Shown: positions 46,873-56,245 of the stretch, one piece after another
Layout of the letters: each line of letters opens with the position of its first letter
Numbering within the stretch: position 1 is the first letter of the stretch
Origin: Candidatus Calditenuis fumarioli
GTDB lineage: Archaea > Thermoproteota > Nitrososphaeria_A > Caldarchaeales > Calditenuaceae
Length of the DNA stretch: 64,000 nt
NCBI GenBank assembly: GCA_030059665.1
Contig: JANVYR010000001.1
Span: 64,001 to 128,000 of the forward strand
Direction: 5' to 3'
Translations under genes and position numbers: made by a program
Notes under the pieces: model-generated
What the model was told of the DNA's origin: nothing
Databases searched by the model: none
What the model saw: only the letters and a program-made list of their open reading frames with translations

Positions 46873-47735
46873 GCCCTGCCGCAGCTCGGACAGAAGACCT
46901 CCTCGTACGGCATCTGCGCGCCGCAGAACTTGCAGCGCTTCGTCAGCTCCGCTCCCTCCCTCATCCGCTCCCGCTCGAACCTCTTGGCCACGAGGACAGC
47001 CGTCTCCGTCAGCAGCACCATCGGCAGGAACAGCACGGTGTTGGCCACCAGCCAGCCGTCGGGCGTTATGATGGCGATGATGATGTACAGGATGCCGTAG
47101 ACATAGAGCCTGTTGCGGGTGACTATGGACGTGCTCAGTATGCCGAGCCTCACCAGGAGCACGAAGATCGCGGGGACCGTGAAGAGGAAGCCCATCAGCA
47201 CCACCGTCGAGAAGACCATCATGTAGTAGTCCCCTGCGGTTACGGTGAACTCGGCGCCTATCACGTCGGCGAAGAAGGCCATGAACCTGATAACCAGGGG
47301 CATAACGAGGAAGTAGCAGAACAGCGCACCGATCGCGAAGAGCCCGACGAATGCGGCCATGAATCCCCAGATGAGCCTCCGCTCGTGGGGATAGAGCGCC
47401 GGGTTGACGTACGCGTATATCTCGTAACCTATGATGGGTGAGATCGTGGCGAGCGCCATGAGGGCCGAAGCCACGAAGTAGACCTCCAGCGGAGACGTCA
47501 CCGTGCCCGCGATGATCCTCGCCCTGCCCCCTGCGAGCTCGAGCGTCTTCTCCAGCACGAGGTTGATTATCGGCCTGTAGGTCCCGGTCACCAGCTCCTC
47601 TGGATTCGGCGAGATGAAGTCCCTCGGGAAGGCCATCCAGAAGACGAGCGCAACGACGAAGGAGACGATGACGACCTTCAGCCTGTTCCTGAGCTCGATC
47701 AGGTGCTCGGTGAACGTCATCTCCTTGTCAGACAT
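46863..47735 (-). CDS. tatC: Twin-arginine translocase TatC with C-terminal zinc ribbon
   Basis: EMTFTEHL.ELR.RL, YVNPALYPHE, AIITPD; C-terminal CKFC-x10-CPSC. Confidence 0.9.
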   Translation of the reverse strand: MSDKEMTFTEHLIELRNRLKVVIVSFVVALVFWMAFPRDFISPNPEELVTGTYRPIINLVLEKTLELAGGRARIIAGTVTSPLEVYFVASALMALATISPIIGYEIYAYVNPALYPHERRLIWGFMAAFVGLFAIGALFCYFLVMPLVIRFMAFFADVIGAEFTVTAGDYYMMVFSTVVLMGFLFTVPAIFVLLVRLGILSTSIVTRNRLYVYGILYIIIAIITPDGWLVANTVLFLPMVLLTETAVLVAKRFERERMREGAELTKRCKFCGAQMPYEEVFCPSCGRAQE

Positions 47736-47835
47736 GCCCCCACCCTATCCAAGTAGCCCGGTCAAAACGGTATCACATGCGAAGTTCGCGGCGGACTACG
47801 ACGACATTCGGACGACGCGAAGGCACGCAGCGTTG

Positions 47836-50322
47836 TCACCGTTGGGGCCTGAAGTCGTGGACGTAGTCCCAGAGCTCTAGGTACCGCGGGTCGATCCCCT
47901 TCTCCCTCACCGCCCTCTCCAGCTCAGCCCTGTCGGTCTCAAGCAGCAGCTGGATCAGCCTCGGCACCTCCTCCGGGTCAGCCTCCGCGAGGGCGAAGAG
48001 GATCCTGGCGTTGTGCTGGACGTAACGGGGACACAGGAGCAGCGCCTTGAGGAAATCCATCACCTGAGGTGCCCTCGACCTGTCGAACCTCGGCGCGTTG
48101 GCGACGACCTCGGCCCTCGCCCGCTCAGGCGTCGTCCCCAAAATCTTGGCCACCTCCTCCGCCGCCAGGTCGGCGCTCACCTCCCGGAAGGGGCCGCTCG
48201 CGTAGGCCCTCGAGAGGACCTCCCTCACCCTCTCAACCAGCTCCGGGTCAGCTCTGCCGGTCAGGTTCACTGCGATCCTCTCGGCGGCTATCCTGTCCTG
48301 CTCCCTGTAGAAGAGCCTCGTCCACTCGTAGTGGAGGTTCCACACCTTCTCGAAGAGCGCCTCGTCGATCACCGTACCCGCCCTAACCGGCTCCACCTTC
48401 CTCGAGAGGACGACGCCGTTCTCGGTGACCTCGGGTCCCAAGAGGTGGCCGTCCCGGGTGATCCGCGCCTTCAGCCTCAGGAGCGTCCAGAGCCACGCGG
48501 TGTAGATCCTGTAGGTTGCCAGGTCGTTCATGAAGCGCTGGTTCAGCTCGTAGTCGTCGATGGCCGCTGCGAGGTTCCCGTTGAGTATCTGGAAGGCGTA
48601 GTTGGCTGCCATGTAGAAGGCGTGCTGGACGTGCTCGACGGTGACCTCGCCGTCGGGTATCCCGTAAAGAGCCTGCCAGAGCCCTCCCCTCCCCCAGAGA
48701 CGGTCCGAGAAGAGGTCCTCGGGCCTCCGGAGAGCGGTGAGCGGGATCACCCAGGGCTTGATCCTGCCGTCCTCGGTCAGGAGGCCCAGCTCCCGGAACC
48801 TCCTCCTCTCCTCCGGCGTCAGGCCGCTCTCGGGCGTCGGCAGCCTCGTCCCGTCGACCTCGACGTACTGGACAGGCGCGTCGATCATCTTCTGGAGCTC
48901 CCTCAGGTCGGCCCTCAGGGGCTCGTTCCCCGCGGCGACGTACTGCTCCTCCTTCGTCGCTACCCAGCTCTGCCTGAAGAGGTCGTAGAGCCTACCCCTC
49001 ACCTTCCCCGAGAGGACGTCGTCGAGCGAGACCTCCGCGCCCGGTGGGAGGTCTTCCTCCGCCAGGAAGATGAGCCCGGTGAGCCTCTCCCTCAGCTTGT
49101 CCAGCCTGATCCCCCTGATGGCCCTGAGGTTGTACCTGTACCTCCTGTAGTAGTCCGTCTGAGGGTAGAGCATGACCGCCGCCATTCCACCGACAGGGGC
49201 CGTGACCGCCTCTCCGTCCCTCAGCCCCGCGATCAGCATGAGGAGGGCGTTGTACCGCTGGTAGGCCATCATGTTGGGTGAGGTCATCGTGACGTTCTGC
49301 GGGTCGGGGTAGTTCCTCTCGTCCTTCCACATCTCGATCAGGGACCCGAGGTAGTCCCAGCGGCCGTTGCTGGACTTCACCAGCCTCTCCCTCCAGATCC
49401 ACATGATCACCGGAAGGTAGAGGCCAGCGACCCCCTCCTCGTAGAGCATCGCGATCTTGATCTCGCCCGTTCTCAGACCCATGTAGCCCTCGAGCCCCCT
49501 CATCAGCTTCTCGACGACGAGGGCCTCCTGTGGGGTCATCACCTTCGGAACGTAGAAGTAGATCCCCGAGCCCGCGGACCTGAGGGACTCGTAGTTGTTG
49601 AGCGCGTAGATCACCGAGGAGACGACGATCGCAGGTGCGGGCTTTCCGTCGACGAGGACGTAACGGTCGAGTAGGTGGATGCCGGGAATCCTGTGGAAGA
49701 CCGCAGGCCACTGGGACCTCGGTTTCCTGAGCTCGTAGACCTTCCCGCCCTCGAGGTAGGGCCTGGGGACCCTGCCCTCGAGGACCCGCTTCACGTTCAG
49801 CCTACCCGCCCACACCGGCGGCGCCCTCAGCCCTGAGCCGTAGGGCACGTACCAGGCGGGTGAGGCGTCCTCCTCGTCCTCGAAGGCGGTGACCACGTCA
49901 GCGTTCAGCTGGTGGATGGCCCTGCTGAGGGGGTACCAGGGGCCCGTCAGCTCGAGGCCCGCCCGCCGGACGGGGTTGATCTCATCGGGGACCGGCACGT
50001 TCTCGTTCAGGCGCCAGCGGAGCGGGGTCTCCCTGCCGTGGAGGTTGTCCAGCATCCCCTGCACGATCTCCCTGAAAGTCCTTGTGTTGCCGTCAGCATC
50101 GGTGAACCTCTCCTCCCAGTCCGGGAACCTCCACTTCTCCACCACCGGTCTCGGGTCGTCGAGCAACCTCCTCCTCAGCGCAACCGCAGCGTCGATCTCC
50201 GGCCTCAGCCTGACCGTCAGCTCGCCGATGACCTGCTCAACCACAAGCCTCCTCCCGTTGACGACCTTCTCCCCCAGCAGCTCTCCGTACTCGGACCTGT
50301 CGACGAGGACATCCACCTTCAA
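47836..50322 (-). CDS. Malate synthase (large archaeal type)
   Basis: D.EDAS, GIYFYVPK, SNGRWDY, GGMAA, DLATY. Confidence 0.8.
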   Translation of the reverse strand: MKVDVLVDRSEYGELLGEKVVNGRRLVVEQVIGELTVRLRPEIDAAVALRRRLLDDPRPVVEKWRFPDWEERFTDADGNTRTFREIVQGMLDNLHGRETPLRWRLNENVPVPDEINPVRRAGLELTGPWYPLSRAIHQLNADVVTAFEDEEDASPAWYVPYGSGLRAPPVWAGRLNVKRVLEGRVPRPYLEGGKVYELRKPRSQWPAVFHRIPGIHLLDRYVLVDGKPAPAIVVSSVIYALNNYESLRSAGSGIYFYVPKVMTPQEALVVEKLMRGLEGYMGLRTGEIKIAMLYEEGVAGLYLPVIMWIWRERLVKSSNGRWDYLGSLIEMWKDERNYPDPQNVTMTSPNMMAYQRYNALLMLIAGLRDGEAVTAPVGGMAAVMLYPQTDYYRRYRYNLRAIRGIRLDKLRERLTGLIFLAEEDLPPGAEVSLDDVLSGKVRGRLYDLFRQSWVATKEEQYVAAGNEPLRADLRELQKMIDAPVQYVEVDGTRLPTPESGLTPEERRRFRELGLLTEDGRIKPWVIPLTALRRPEDLFSDRLWGRGGLWQALYGIPDGEVTVEHVQHAFYMAANYAFQILNGNLAAAIDDYELNQRFMNDLATYRIYTAWLWTLLRLKARITRDGHLLGPEVTENGVVLSRKVEPVRAGTVIDEALFEKVWNLHYEWTRLFYREQDRIAAERIAVNLTGRADPELVERVREVLSRAYASGPFREVSADLAAEEVAKILGTTPERARAEVVANAPRFDRSRAPQVMDFLKALLLCPRYVQHNARILFALAEADPEEVPRLIQLLLETDRAELERAVREKGIDPRYLELWDYVHDFRPQR

Positions 50323-50375
50323 GGCCCCACGCCCTAATTCATGGGTACCCTGTTTTTTCCCTTCCGTTGAGAGGT

Positions 50376-51911
50376 TCAGCAGGGCTCTATCGTGGCCGGA
50401 GGCTTGCTGCTTATCGCGTAGCAGACCATCGTGACCCCTGGCACCTCGTTCGTTATCCTGCGGGATATCCTGTCGAGGAGCTCGTGGGATGCCCTGAACC
50501 AGTCAGCGGTCATGCCGTCCTCGCTGGTTACTATGCGAACGACCACGATCCTACCGTGCTCCCTCTCGTCGCCCTTCACACCGACCCACCTGTCCTCGCC
50601 TACGACCGCGAAGGCCTGCCAGACGGAGTCGTAGAGGCCGGCGCGCTCGAGCTCCTCCTCGACGATCGCTGAGGCCGCGCGGCACACCTCGAGCTTCTCC
50701 TCGGTCACCTCACCGATCACCCTCACCGCCAGCCCCGGACCCGGGAACGGATGCCTCCTCACGATCCTCTCGGGGACGCCCAGCGCCCTCGCGACGACCC
50801 TCACCTCGTCCTTGTACAGGTCCCTTAGCGGTTCGATCAGGTCGAGCCCTAGGTCCCTCGGGAGACCTCCGACGTTGTGATGAGACTTGATCACGCTCGT
50901 GGCCGAGCCTGTCGCGCCGCTCTCCACCCGGTCGGGGTAGATGGTTCCCTGGGCGAGGTACCTGGCGTTGGGAACGGTCCGGGCCACCTCCTTGAAGACC
51001 TCAGCGAAGAGCCTTCCGATGACCTTCCTCTTCTCCTCCGGATCGACGACCCCCTTCAGCGCCTGAAGGAACCTGGACCTCGCGTCGACGAAGTGGACGT
51101 TCCTTATTCCGAGACCTTTCAGCGCCTCGAGCACCTCCTCCACCTCGCCCTTCCTCATCAGGCCGTGGTCGACGAAGACCACGTGCAGGTCGTCCCCCAC
51201 GACCCTGTGAAGGATCAGGGCCGTCGTGACCGAGTCGATTCCGCCGCTGACGCCGCAGATCACCGCCTCACCCGGTCTGACCGAGCGCCTGATCTCCTCC
51301 ATGATCTCCTGCACCCTGTCCACCGGGCTCCACCTCTCCCTGAGGCCCGCGGCCATCCGGAGGAAGTTCTCCAGGATCCTCGTTCCGTTCTCGGTGTGGC
51401 GCACCTCCGGGTGGAACTGGACCGAGTAGATCCCCCTGTCAGGGTCCTCCATCGCCGCTATCGCGCCCTTCTCCGAGACCGCCGTCACCCTGAAGCCCGG
51501 AGGGGGCTCGAGGACGACGTCGCCGTGGCTCATCCAGACCACCTGCCTTCGACCGAGTCCAGCGAAGAGCACCGACTCCCCCACCACCTCGACCTCGGTC
51601 CTCCCGTACTCCCTGAGGGCCGAGCGCTCGACGCGGCCTCCCATCAGCTTCGCGATCAGCTGGTGCCCGTAGCAGATGCCGAGGACCGGAAGGCCTGTTC
51701 TCAGCACCTCCTGATCTACGGTTGGAGCTCCTTCCTCGCTGACCGACTTGGGGCCTCCCGAGAGGACGAGGGCCGAGTAGTCCTTCAGGTTGACCTCCTT
51801 CAGCCTCGCGAAGTCCACGACCTCGGAGTAGACGCCCAGCTCCCTGCACCTCCTCGCGATCAGGTGGACGTACTGGCCGCCGAAGTCGACGATCAGCACC
51901 TTCTCCCTCAT
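50376..51911 (-). CDS. guaA: GMP synthase (fused GATase + ATPase)
   Basis: DFGGQY, SGGP, GICYGHQ, QFHPEV, SGGIDS, IKSHHNVGG, PFPGPGL. Confidence 0.96.
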   Translation of the reverse strand: MREKVLIVDFGGQYVHLIARRCRELGVYSEVVDFARLKEVNLKDYSALVLSGGPKSVSEEGAPTVDQEVLRTGLPVLGICYGHQLIAKLMGGRVERSALREYGRTEVEVVGESVLFAGLGRRQVVWMSHGDVVLEPPPGFRVTAVSEKGAIAAMEDPDRGIYSVQFHPEVRHTENGTRILENFLRMAAGLRERWSPVDRVQEIMEEIRRSVRPGEAVICGVSGGIDSVTTALILHRVVGDDLHVVFVDHGLMRKGEVEEVLEALKGLGIRNVHFVDARSRFLQALKGVVDPEEKRKVIGRLFAEVFKEVARTVPNARYLAQGTIYPDRVESGATGSATSVIKSHHNVGGLPRDLGLDLIEPLRDLYKDEVRVVARALGVPERIVRRHPFPGPGLAVRVIGEVTEEKLEVCRAASAIVEEELERAGLYDSVWQAFAVVGEDRWVGVKGDEREHGRIVVVRIVTSEDGMTADWFRASHELLDRISRRITNEVPGVTMVCYAISSKPPATIEPC

Positions 51912-51960
51912 CCGGCACTGCTCTTTCTCCCCCGAGGAAATAAGGGAGACCTCGCGTTAA

Positions 51961-52048
51961 CGGGCCCGCCGGGACTCGAACCCGGGACCTCCGGCTCTCC
52001 CCATCAATTTAGAAGGCCGGCGCTCTGTCCAGGCTGAGCTACGGGCCC
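51961..52048 (-). tRNA. tRNA-Arg(TCT) with a 13-nt 37/38 intron
   Basis: GGGCCCG/CGGGCCC, G73, CT-TCT-A^AATTGATGGGGAG^A. Confidence 0.92.
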
Positions 52049-52055
52049 CACTGCC

Positions 52056-52658
52056 GTGAATCCGAGCCACGTATTGTCCTTTTGGTTCAGGTCGGCACGG
52101 CGCGACACCTTGATCCGTTGGCTGGCGAACCTCGAAATCGGGATGCCCGGAAAATTCAACCTCATCGCCACGACCCTCAGGGGCCAGGAGCCGCTCGGCG
52201 TCGCGAGCCTCACCAGCATCCTCTCGGAGCTGAACGATCCTGACCCGAAGGTGGAGATCACGGAGATACACGGCGTCATCACCGCGCATACCTCGCTCGA
52301 CCCGTTCCACGTGATAGAGAGGATCAGGGAGATGGCGACGCGCGAGCCCTGGAAGGTCTCGGGGCTGATGAGGGTGATACCTGTAGAGCGGGTGGTGGAG
52401 ACCAAGCTCGAGAGGATAGCGGAGGCCGCGGAGTCCCTGAAGGGCAGGATACCTCCGGAGGCGACCTACAAAGTGGTGGTGGAGAAGAGGCACACCCAGC
52501 TCTCGAGCAGGGAGATCATCGAGGCGGTGGCGTCCAAGATCGACCGGAAGGTGAACCTCGAGAGGCCCGACTGGATCGTCCTGATCGAGGTCCTCGGAGG
52601 GCTGACGGGCGTCTCGGTCCTGAAGCCCGATCAGGTCCTGAGCTTGGTCAAGGTCTAA
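52056..52658 (+). CDS. THUMP-domain RNA-binding protein
   Basis: RVIPVE, TYKVVVEKR, KVNLE.PD.IVLIEV. Confidence 0.85.
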   Translation: MNPSHVLSFWFRSARRDTLIRWLANLEIGMPGKFNLIATTLRGQEPLGVASLTSILSELNDPDPKVEITEIHGVITAHTSLDPFHVIERIREMATREPWKVSGLMRVIPVERVVETKLERIAEAAESLKGRIPPEATYKVVVEKRHTQLSSREIIEAVASKIDRKVNLERPDWIVLIEVLGGLTGVSVLKPDQVLSLVKV

Positions 52659-53553
52659 CCTCAGACACCGAGATTTTCCTGGAGAGCTCGGACGCGGCCC
52701 TCCTGATCGCATCGCCGTCGAGCGCCCTCGGACCGGCGTGCCTGACCCGCTGATCGACCGCAGCGAGCCCGAGAGCGGTTGCGTACACCAGATCTCCCGT
52801 CTCCATCAGCCCCACCAGCAGGGCCCCTCCGAAGACGTCGCCGGCGCCGACGGTGTCCACCGCCTCGACCTCGGTCCTACCCCTCACCAGCCTCAATCCG
52901 TCGGAGACGAAGGATCCCCTCGAGCCAGCGGTGACCGCGACGATCCTGCCGGTCGAGAGGGCCAGACGGACGGCGGCCTGTGACGGTTCGGCGTAACCGA
53001 GCGCAGCGGTCTCCTCCAGCGCCAGCCTTAGCACGGACACCGAACCAAAGGTCTCCAGGTCCAACGACCCGACCTCCAGCCTGACGTTCCCGTCCTCATC
53101 GAAAGCCCTCATCAGCCCCTGAGGGTCGAGGGCAGTCCACCGGTAAAGCCGTGATGTAACCGCTATGTCCTCGGGCCTCAGCTCTCCCGCCACGGGCCCG
53201 TAGTACATCGCGTCGAGCTCCAACGTCAGGTCCTCCGCCCGTACGTCAGGTGCCCTCGCGAGCAACCTCAACCTCCTTCCGCCCTCGGGGAGCTGTACGA
53301 TCTCGTAGCGCGTCGTTTTCGCGCCTCTGACGACCCTGACCCGTTCGACCGAGACGCCGAGCCCTCTCAGCCTCTCAAGCGCCGCGAGTCCGTCGTCGCC
53401 TATGACCGAGATCGCCAGCGCGGTGTGACCGAGCGAGGCCACCGTGAGGCCGGCGTAGGTGGGAACCCCTCCGACCGACTCGTAGCTGAGCCTCCGTCCG
53501 GTGACGCGGTCGATCACCACGTGCCCCGCTATGCCGACCCTGAACCTTCTCAA
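52648..53553 (-). CDS. PfkB-family carbohydrate kinase
   Basis: GGVPTYAG, LDPQG, DTVGAGDVFGG. Confidence 0.88.
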   Translation of the reverse strand: MRRFRVGIAGHVVIDRVTGRRLSYESVGGVPTYAGLTVASLGHTALAISVIGDDGLAALERLRGLGVSVERVRVVRGAKTTRYEIVQLPEGGRRLRLLARAPDVRAEDLTLELDAMYYGPVAGELRPEDIAVTSRLYRWTALDPQGLMRAFDEDGNVRLEVGSLDLETFGSVSVLRLALEETAALGYAEPSQAAVRLALSTGRIVAVTAGSRGSFVSDGLRLVRGRTEVEAVDTVGAGDVFGGALLVGLMETGDLVYATALGLAAVDQRVRHAGPRALDGDAIRRAASELSRKISVSEVRP

Positions 53554-53749
53554 CGGTCCTCACGCCCCCGGCAGGGAGTCGGCTAAGCCTACCGGACCTC
53601 TCCCTATATCTCCGCTTGGCACCTCAGAACCGCTGCGACCGGGTTCGTTTCTGCGGATCTTCTGGTCCCATCCCACCGCCGAGAGCTGGGCCGTTTGAGG
53701 AGGGGATTACCACCAGGACCGGTGCCTGACGTCGCGGAGATCCGCTTCT

Positions 53750-53896
53750 GTTGCTTAATTAGCTTTTATAAGAATGCTTAACTGCGATGAAGCAAGTCCG
53801 TCTGCTCTTTATATACCCACTTGCAAAAACGGGGGCAGGCGGAGGTGAGCTGAAAATATCCTAAAATTAAGGCGAGATTCCCGGAAATTGGGGTCG
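53750..53896 (+). promoter_or_regulatory. CRISPR leader
   Basis: AT-rich noncoding stretch with TTTTATAA (53764) and TTTATAT upstream of repeat 1. Confidence 0.75.
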
Positions 53897-54636
53897 GAAT
53901 CTCGCGAAGAGAGTTGAAAGTGATTATCTGAGCGATCTCAAAGCAAGTGCCGCATCCCTCAGAATCTCGCGAAGAGAGTTGAAAGATTAGATATGTGCCA
54001 GCGCCGAGCGCCAAGCTCTTTAGCCAAGTTTCGAATCTCGCGAAGAGAGTTGAAAGTGGCGAACAGTAGATGGGCCGCCCCGCCGAATACCTCCGAATCT
54101 CGCGAAGAGAGTTGAAAGTTGGAGAAGTAATGTGCTTCCGGGAACTCCAGAAGCGAATCTCGCGAAGAGAGTTGAAAGGCTCACATCTACTGCCACGACC
54201 ATCCTCCGCCGAGTGAATATGAATCTCGCGAAGAGAGTTGAAAGCAAAGTTACCGTATAAGCCGCTTCATACCTCCCCAACCACATGAATCTCGCGAAGA
54301 GAGTTGAAAGCACGTAGGAGCCGCACCGTTTCCGAGCACCATCGTGTTAGAATCTCGCGAAGAGAGTTGAAAGCATGCGCACGTCTCCTCATATCCTACT
54401 ATATAGCCTGAATCTCGCGAAGAGAGTTGAAAGAGACATATTCCCTTGAGGTTTACAACGGCTCGGGAGCGACATTCAATATATTTGGCGAGAATCTCGC
54501 GAAGAGAGTTGAAAGCAGATCGACCGGATTTGCTCCTCCGTATAGTCCGGCGAATCTCGCGAAGAGAGTTGAAAGCTTATACCCACGCCTCTTCAGCTCC
54601 TCCTCAAAGTCCGAATCTCGCGAAGAGGGTTGAAAG
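53897..54636 (+). CRISPR. CRISPR array: 12 x 24-nt repeats GAATCTCGCGAAGAGAGTTGAAAG, 11 spacers of 36-58 nt
   Basis: Repeats start at 53897, 53962, 54033, 54095, 54155, 54221, 54287, 54350, 54410, 54492, 54552 and 54613; the last has an A>G change; GAAAG 3' handle. Confidence 0.98.
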
Positions 54637-54674
54637 TTAAAAGCGATTCCCGGTGGCTGAAGGCGGTGTGCGGA

Positions 54675-55919
54675 GTGGGCCATCCTCACCTGAAGGAGAT
54701 AACCGGCAGCCATGGCGACGAGCTGAGGGGGAAGAGGATCGCGCTCTGCGTAGCGGCCAGCGCATCAATCTACAGGGCACCTGAGCTCGCGAGGCTGCTG
54801 ATGAGGCACGGAGCCGACGTGGTACCGGTGATGACGCCCGAGGCCGCGAACCTCCTGAGCCCGGAGCTGATGAGGTGGGCCACTGGGAACGACCCGCTGG
54901 TGGAGGTGACCGGCCGGATCGAGTACGTCGAGCTCACGGAGGGAGAGGGGAAGGTCGACGCGGTCGTCGTGGCTCCGATGACGCAGAACGTCGCGGCGAA
55001 GATCGCCAACGGGTTATCGGACGATTCGGTGTCCCTTCTGGTCTCCTGCGCGCTCGGGAACGGGATCCCCGTGGTGGCTGCGCCGGCGATGCACGCCTCG
55101 ATGCACTCCTCCCCGGTCGTGAGGGAGCTTCTGGAGAGGTTGAGGTCGTACGGCGTCACGCTCGTGGGGCCCCTGCTCGAGGAGGGGAAGGCGAAGCTCG
55201 CCCCGCTCGAGGACGTCCTGGACGCGGTCGTTTATGCGACGTGGCCGAAGAGGCTGCAGGGTAGGAGGTTCGTTGTGACCGCCGGACCCACCAGAGAGAG
55301 GATCGACATGGTCCGGTTCATCACCAATCCCTCCAGCGGCAAGATGGGCTTCGAGGTCGCGCGGGTCCTCAGGGCCCTCGGTGGCGACGTGACGCTCGTC
55401 CACGGCCCGGTCAGCATCAGGCCTCCCTGGGACGTGAGGGCAGTCAACGTCGAGTCGGCGAGGGAGATGCTCGAGGCGGTGCTGAAAGCCTCCGAAGGGT
55501 CAGACGGGTTGTTCGCGGCGGCAGCGGTCGCTGACTACGAGCCCTCAGAGCCCCACCCGGGCAAGATCGAGAGCAGGAAACACCCGGTGCTCCAGCTGAC
55601 GCTCCGCGCGACGCCGAAGGTGGTCGAGGAGGTCAGGAGGGCCTACCCGGACCTGGACCTGGTAGTCTTCAAGGCCTCCTACGGGCCCGTCGAGGACCCC
55701 GCATCGGTCATCGGAGATTACGCGCACCTCAACCCCGTGATCGTCGCTGTGAACGACGTCTCCCGCGGAGGGATCGGCTTCGGGGCTGAGGAGAACGAGC
55801 TGCTGGCGATCACCCGTTCAGGTCTGGTGAAACGCATAGGGCCCGCGAGGAAGTCGAGGGTAGCGAGGGAGCTGGTGGAGCTTTACCTCGAGGAGGGGTC
55901 TCGGGGCGGACGGGGATGA
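54675..55919 (+). CDS. coaBC: Bifunctional PPC decarboxylase/synthetase CoaBC
   Basis: Start reassigned to GTG 54675; APAMH..M, TAGPTRE.ID.VRFI.NPSSGKMG, AAAVADY. Confidence 0.93.
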   Translation: MGHPHLKEITGSHGDELRGKRIALCVAASASIYRAPELARLLMRHGADVVPVMTPEAANLLSPELMRWATGNDPLVEVTGRIEYVELTEGEGKVDAVVVAPMTQNVAAKIANGLSDDSVSLLVSCALGNGIPVVAAPAMHASMHSSPVVRELLERLRSYGVTLVGPLLEEGKAKLAPLEDVLDAVVYATWPKRLQGRRFVVTAGPTRERIDMVRFITNPSSGKMGFEVARVLRALGGDVTLVHGPVSIRPPWDVRAVNVESAREMLEAVLKASEGSDGLFAAAAVADYEPSEPHPGKIESRKHPVLQLTLRATPKVVEEVRRAYPDLDLVVFKASYGPVEDPASVIGDYAHLNPVIVAVNDVSRGGIGFGAEENELLAITRSGLVKRIGPARKSRVARELVELYLEEGSRGGRG

Positions 55920-56245
55920 CCTGCTACGCCGTCGAGCTCTTCGTCCAGGGCAGGGGCTGGAGGCCGTGGCGCGAGGTCACGGGAGAGGACGCGCTGTTCC
56001 CGACGGAGCAGGAGGCGATGGACGCGGCCGCGTCGCTGATCGTCACGGCGATCTCGTCCTCCGGGCACCCCTACGGCTCGAGGGAGGGAGACGTGGTCGG
56101 CTTCAGGGTCAGGCCAGCCGGAGACGTCGGCTGCGACCGGACCGCTTCCACCCCAAGGACCGTCAAGTTCGGGGACGTCTCCCACAGGTTCTTCCGGAGG
56201 GGTGATGCGTACGTCCTCTATAAGACCTGGTCCTGGCCCGACTGA
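55916..56245 (+). CDS. Hypothetical protein
   Basis: ATGA overlap with the coaBC stop; host-like codon usage; no family recognised. Confidence 0.6.
   Translation: MTCYAVELFVQGRGWRPWREVTGEDALFPTEQEAMDAAASLIVTAISSSGHPYGSREGDVVGFRVRPAGDVGCDRTASTPRTVKFGDVSHRFFRRGDAYVLYKTWSWPD

Noticed and set aside
53560-53745. RNase P RNA-like words on the minus strand (CAGAAACG, GTGCCAAG, CTTAGCCGA)
   Set aside because: The universal GAGGAAAGUCC and ACAGAA..GGCUUA helices are absent and the region is too short.
54516-54551. Self-targeting of PINA by spacer 10
   Set aside because: Only an 8-nt match (CCGGACTA near 58286); no full spacer match was seen in the window by eye.
53778-54713. Short ORFs with repeated LSTLFARF or NLAKRVES
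   Set aside because: Translations of the CRISPR repeats, not proteins.
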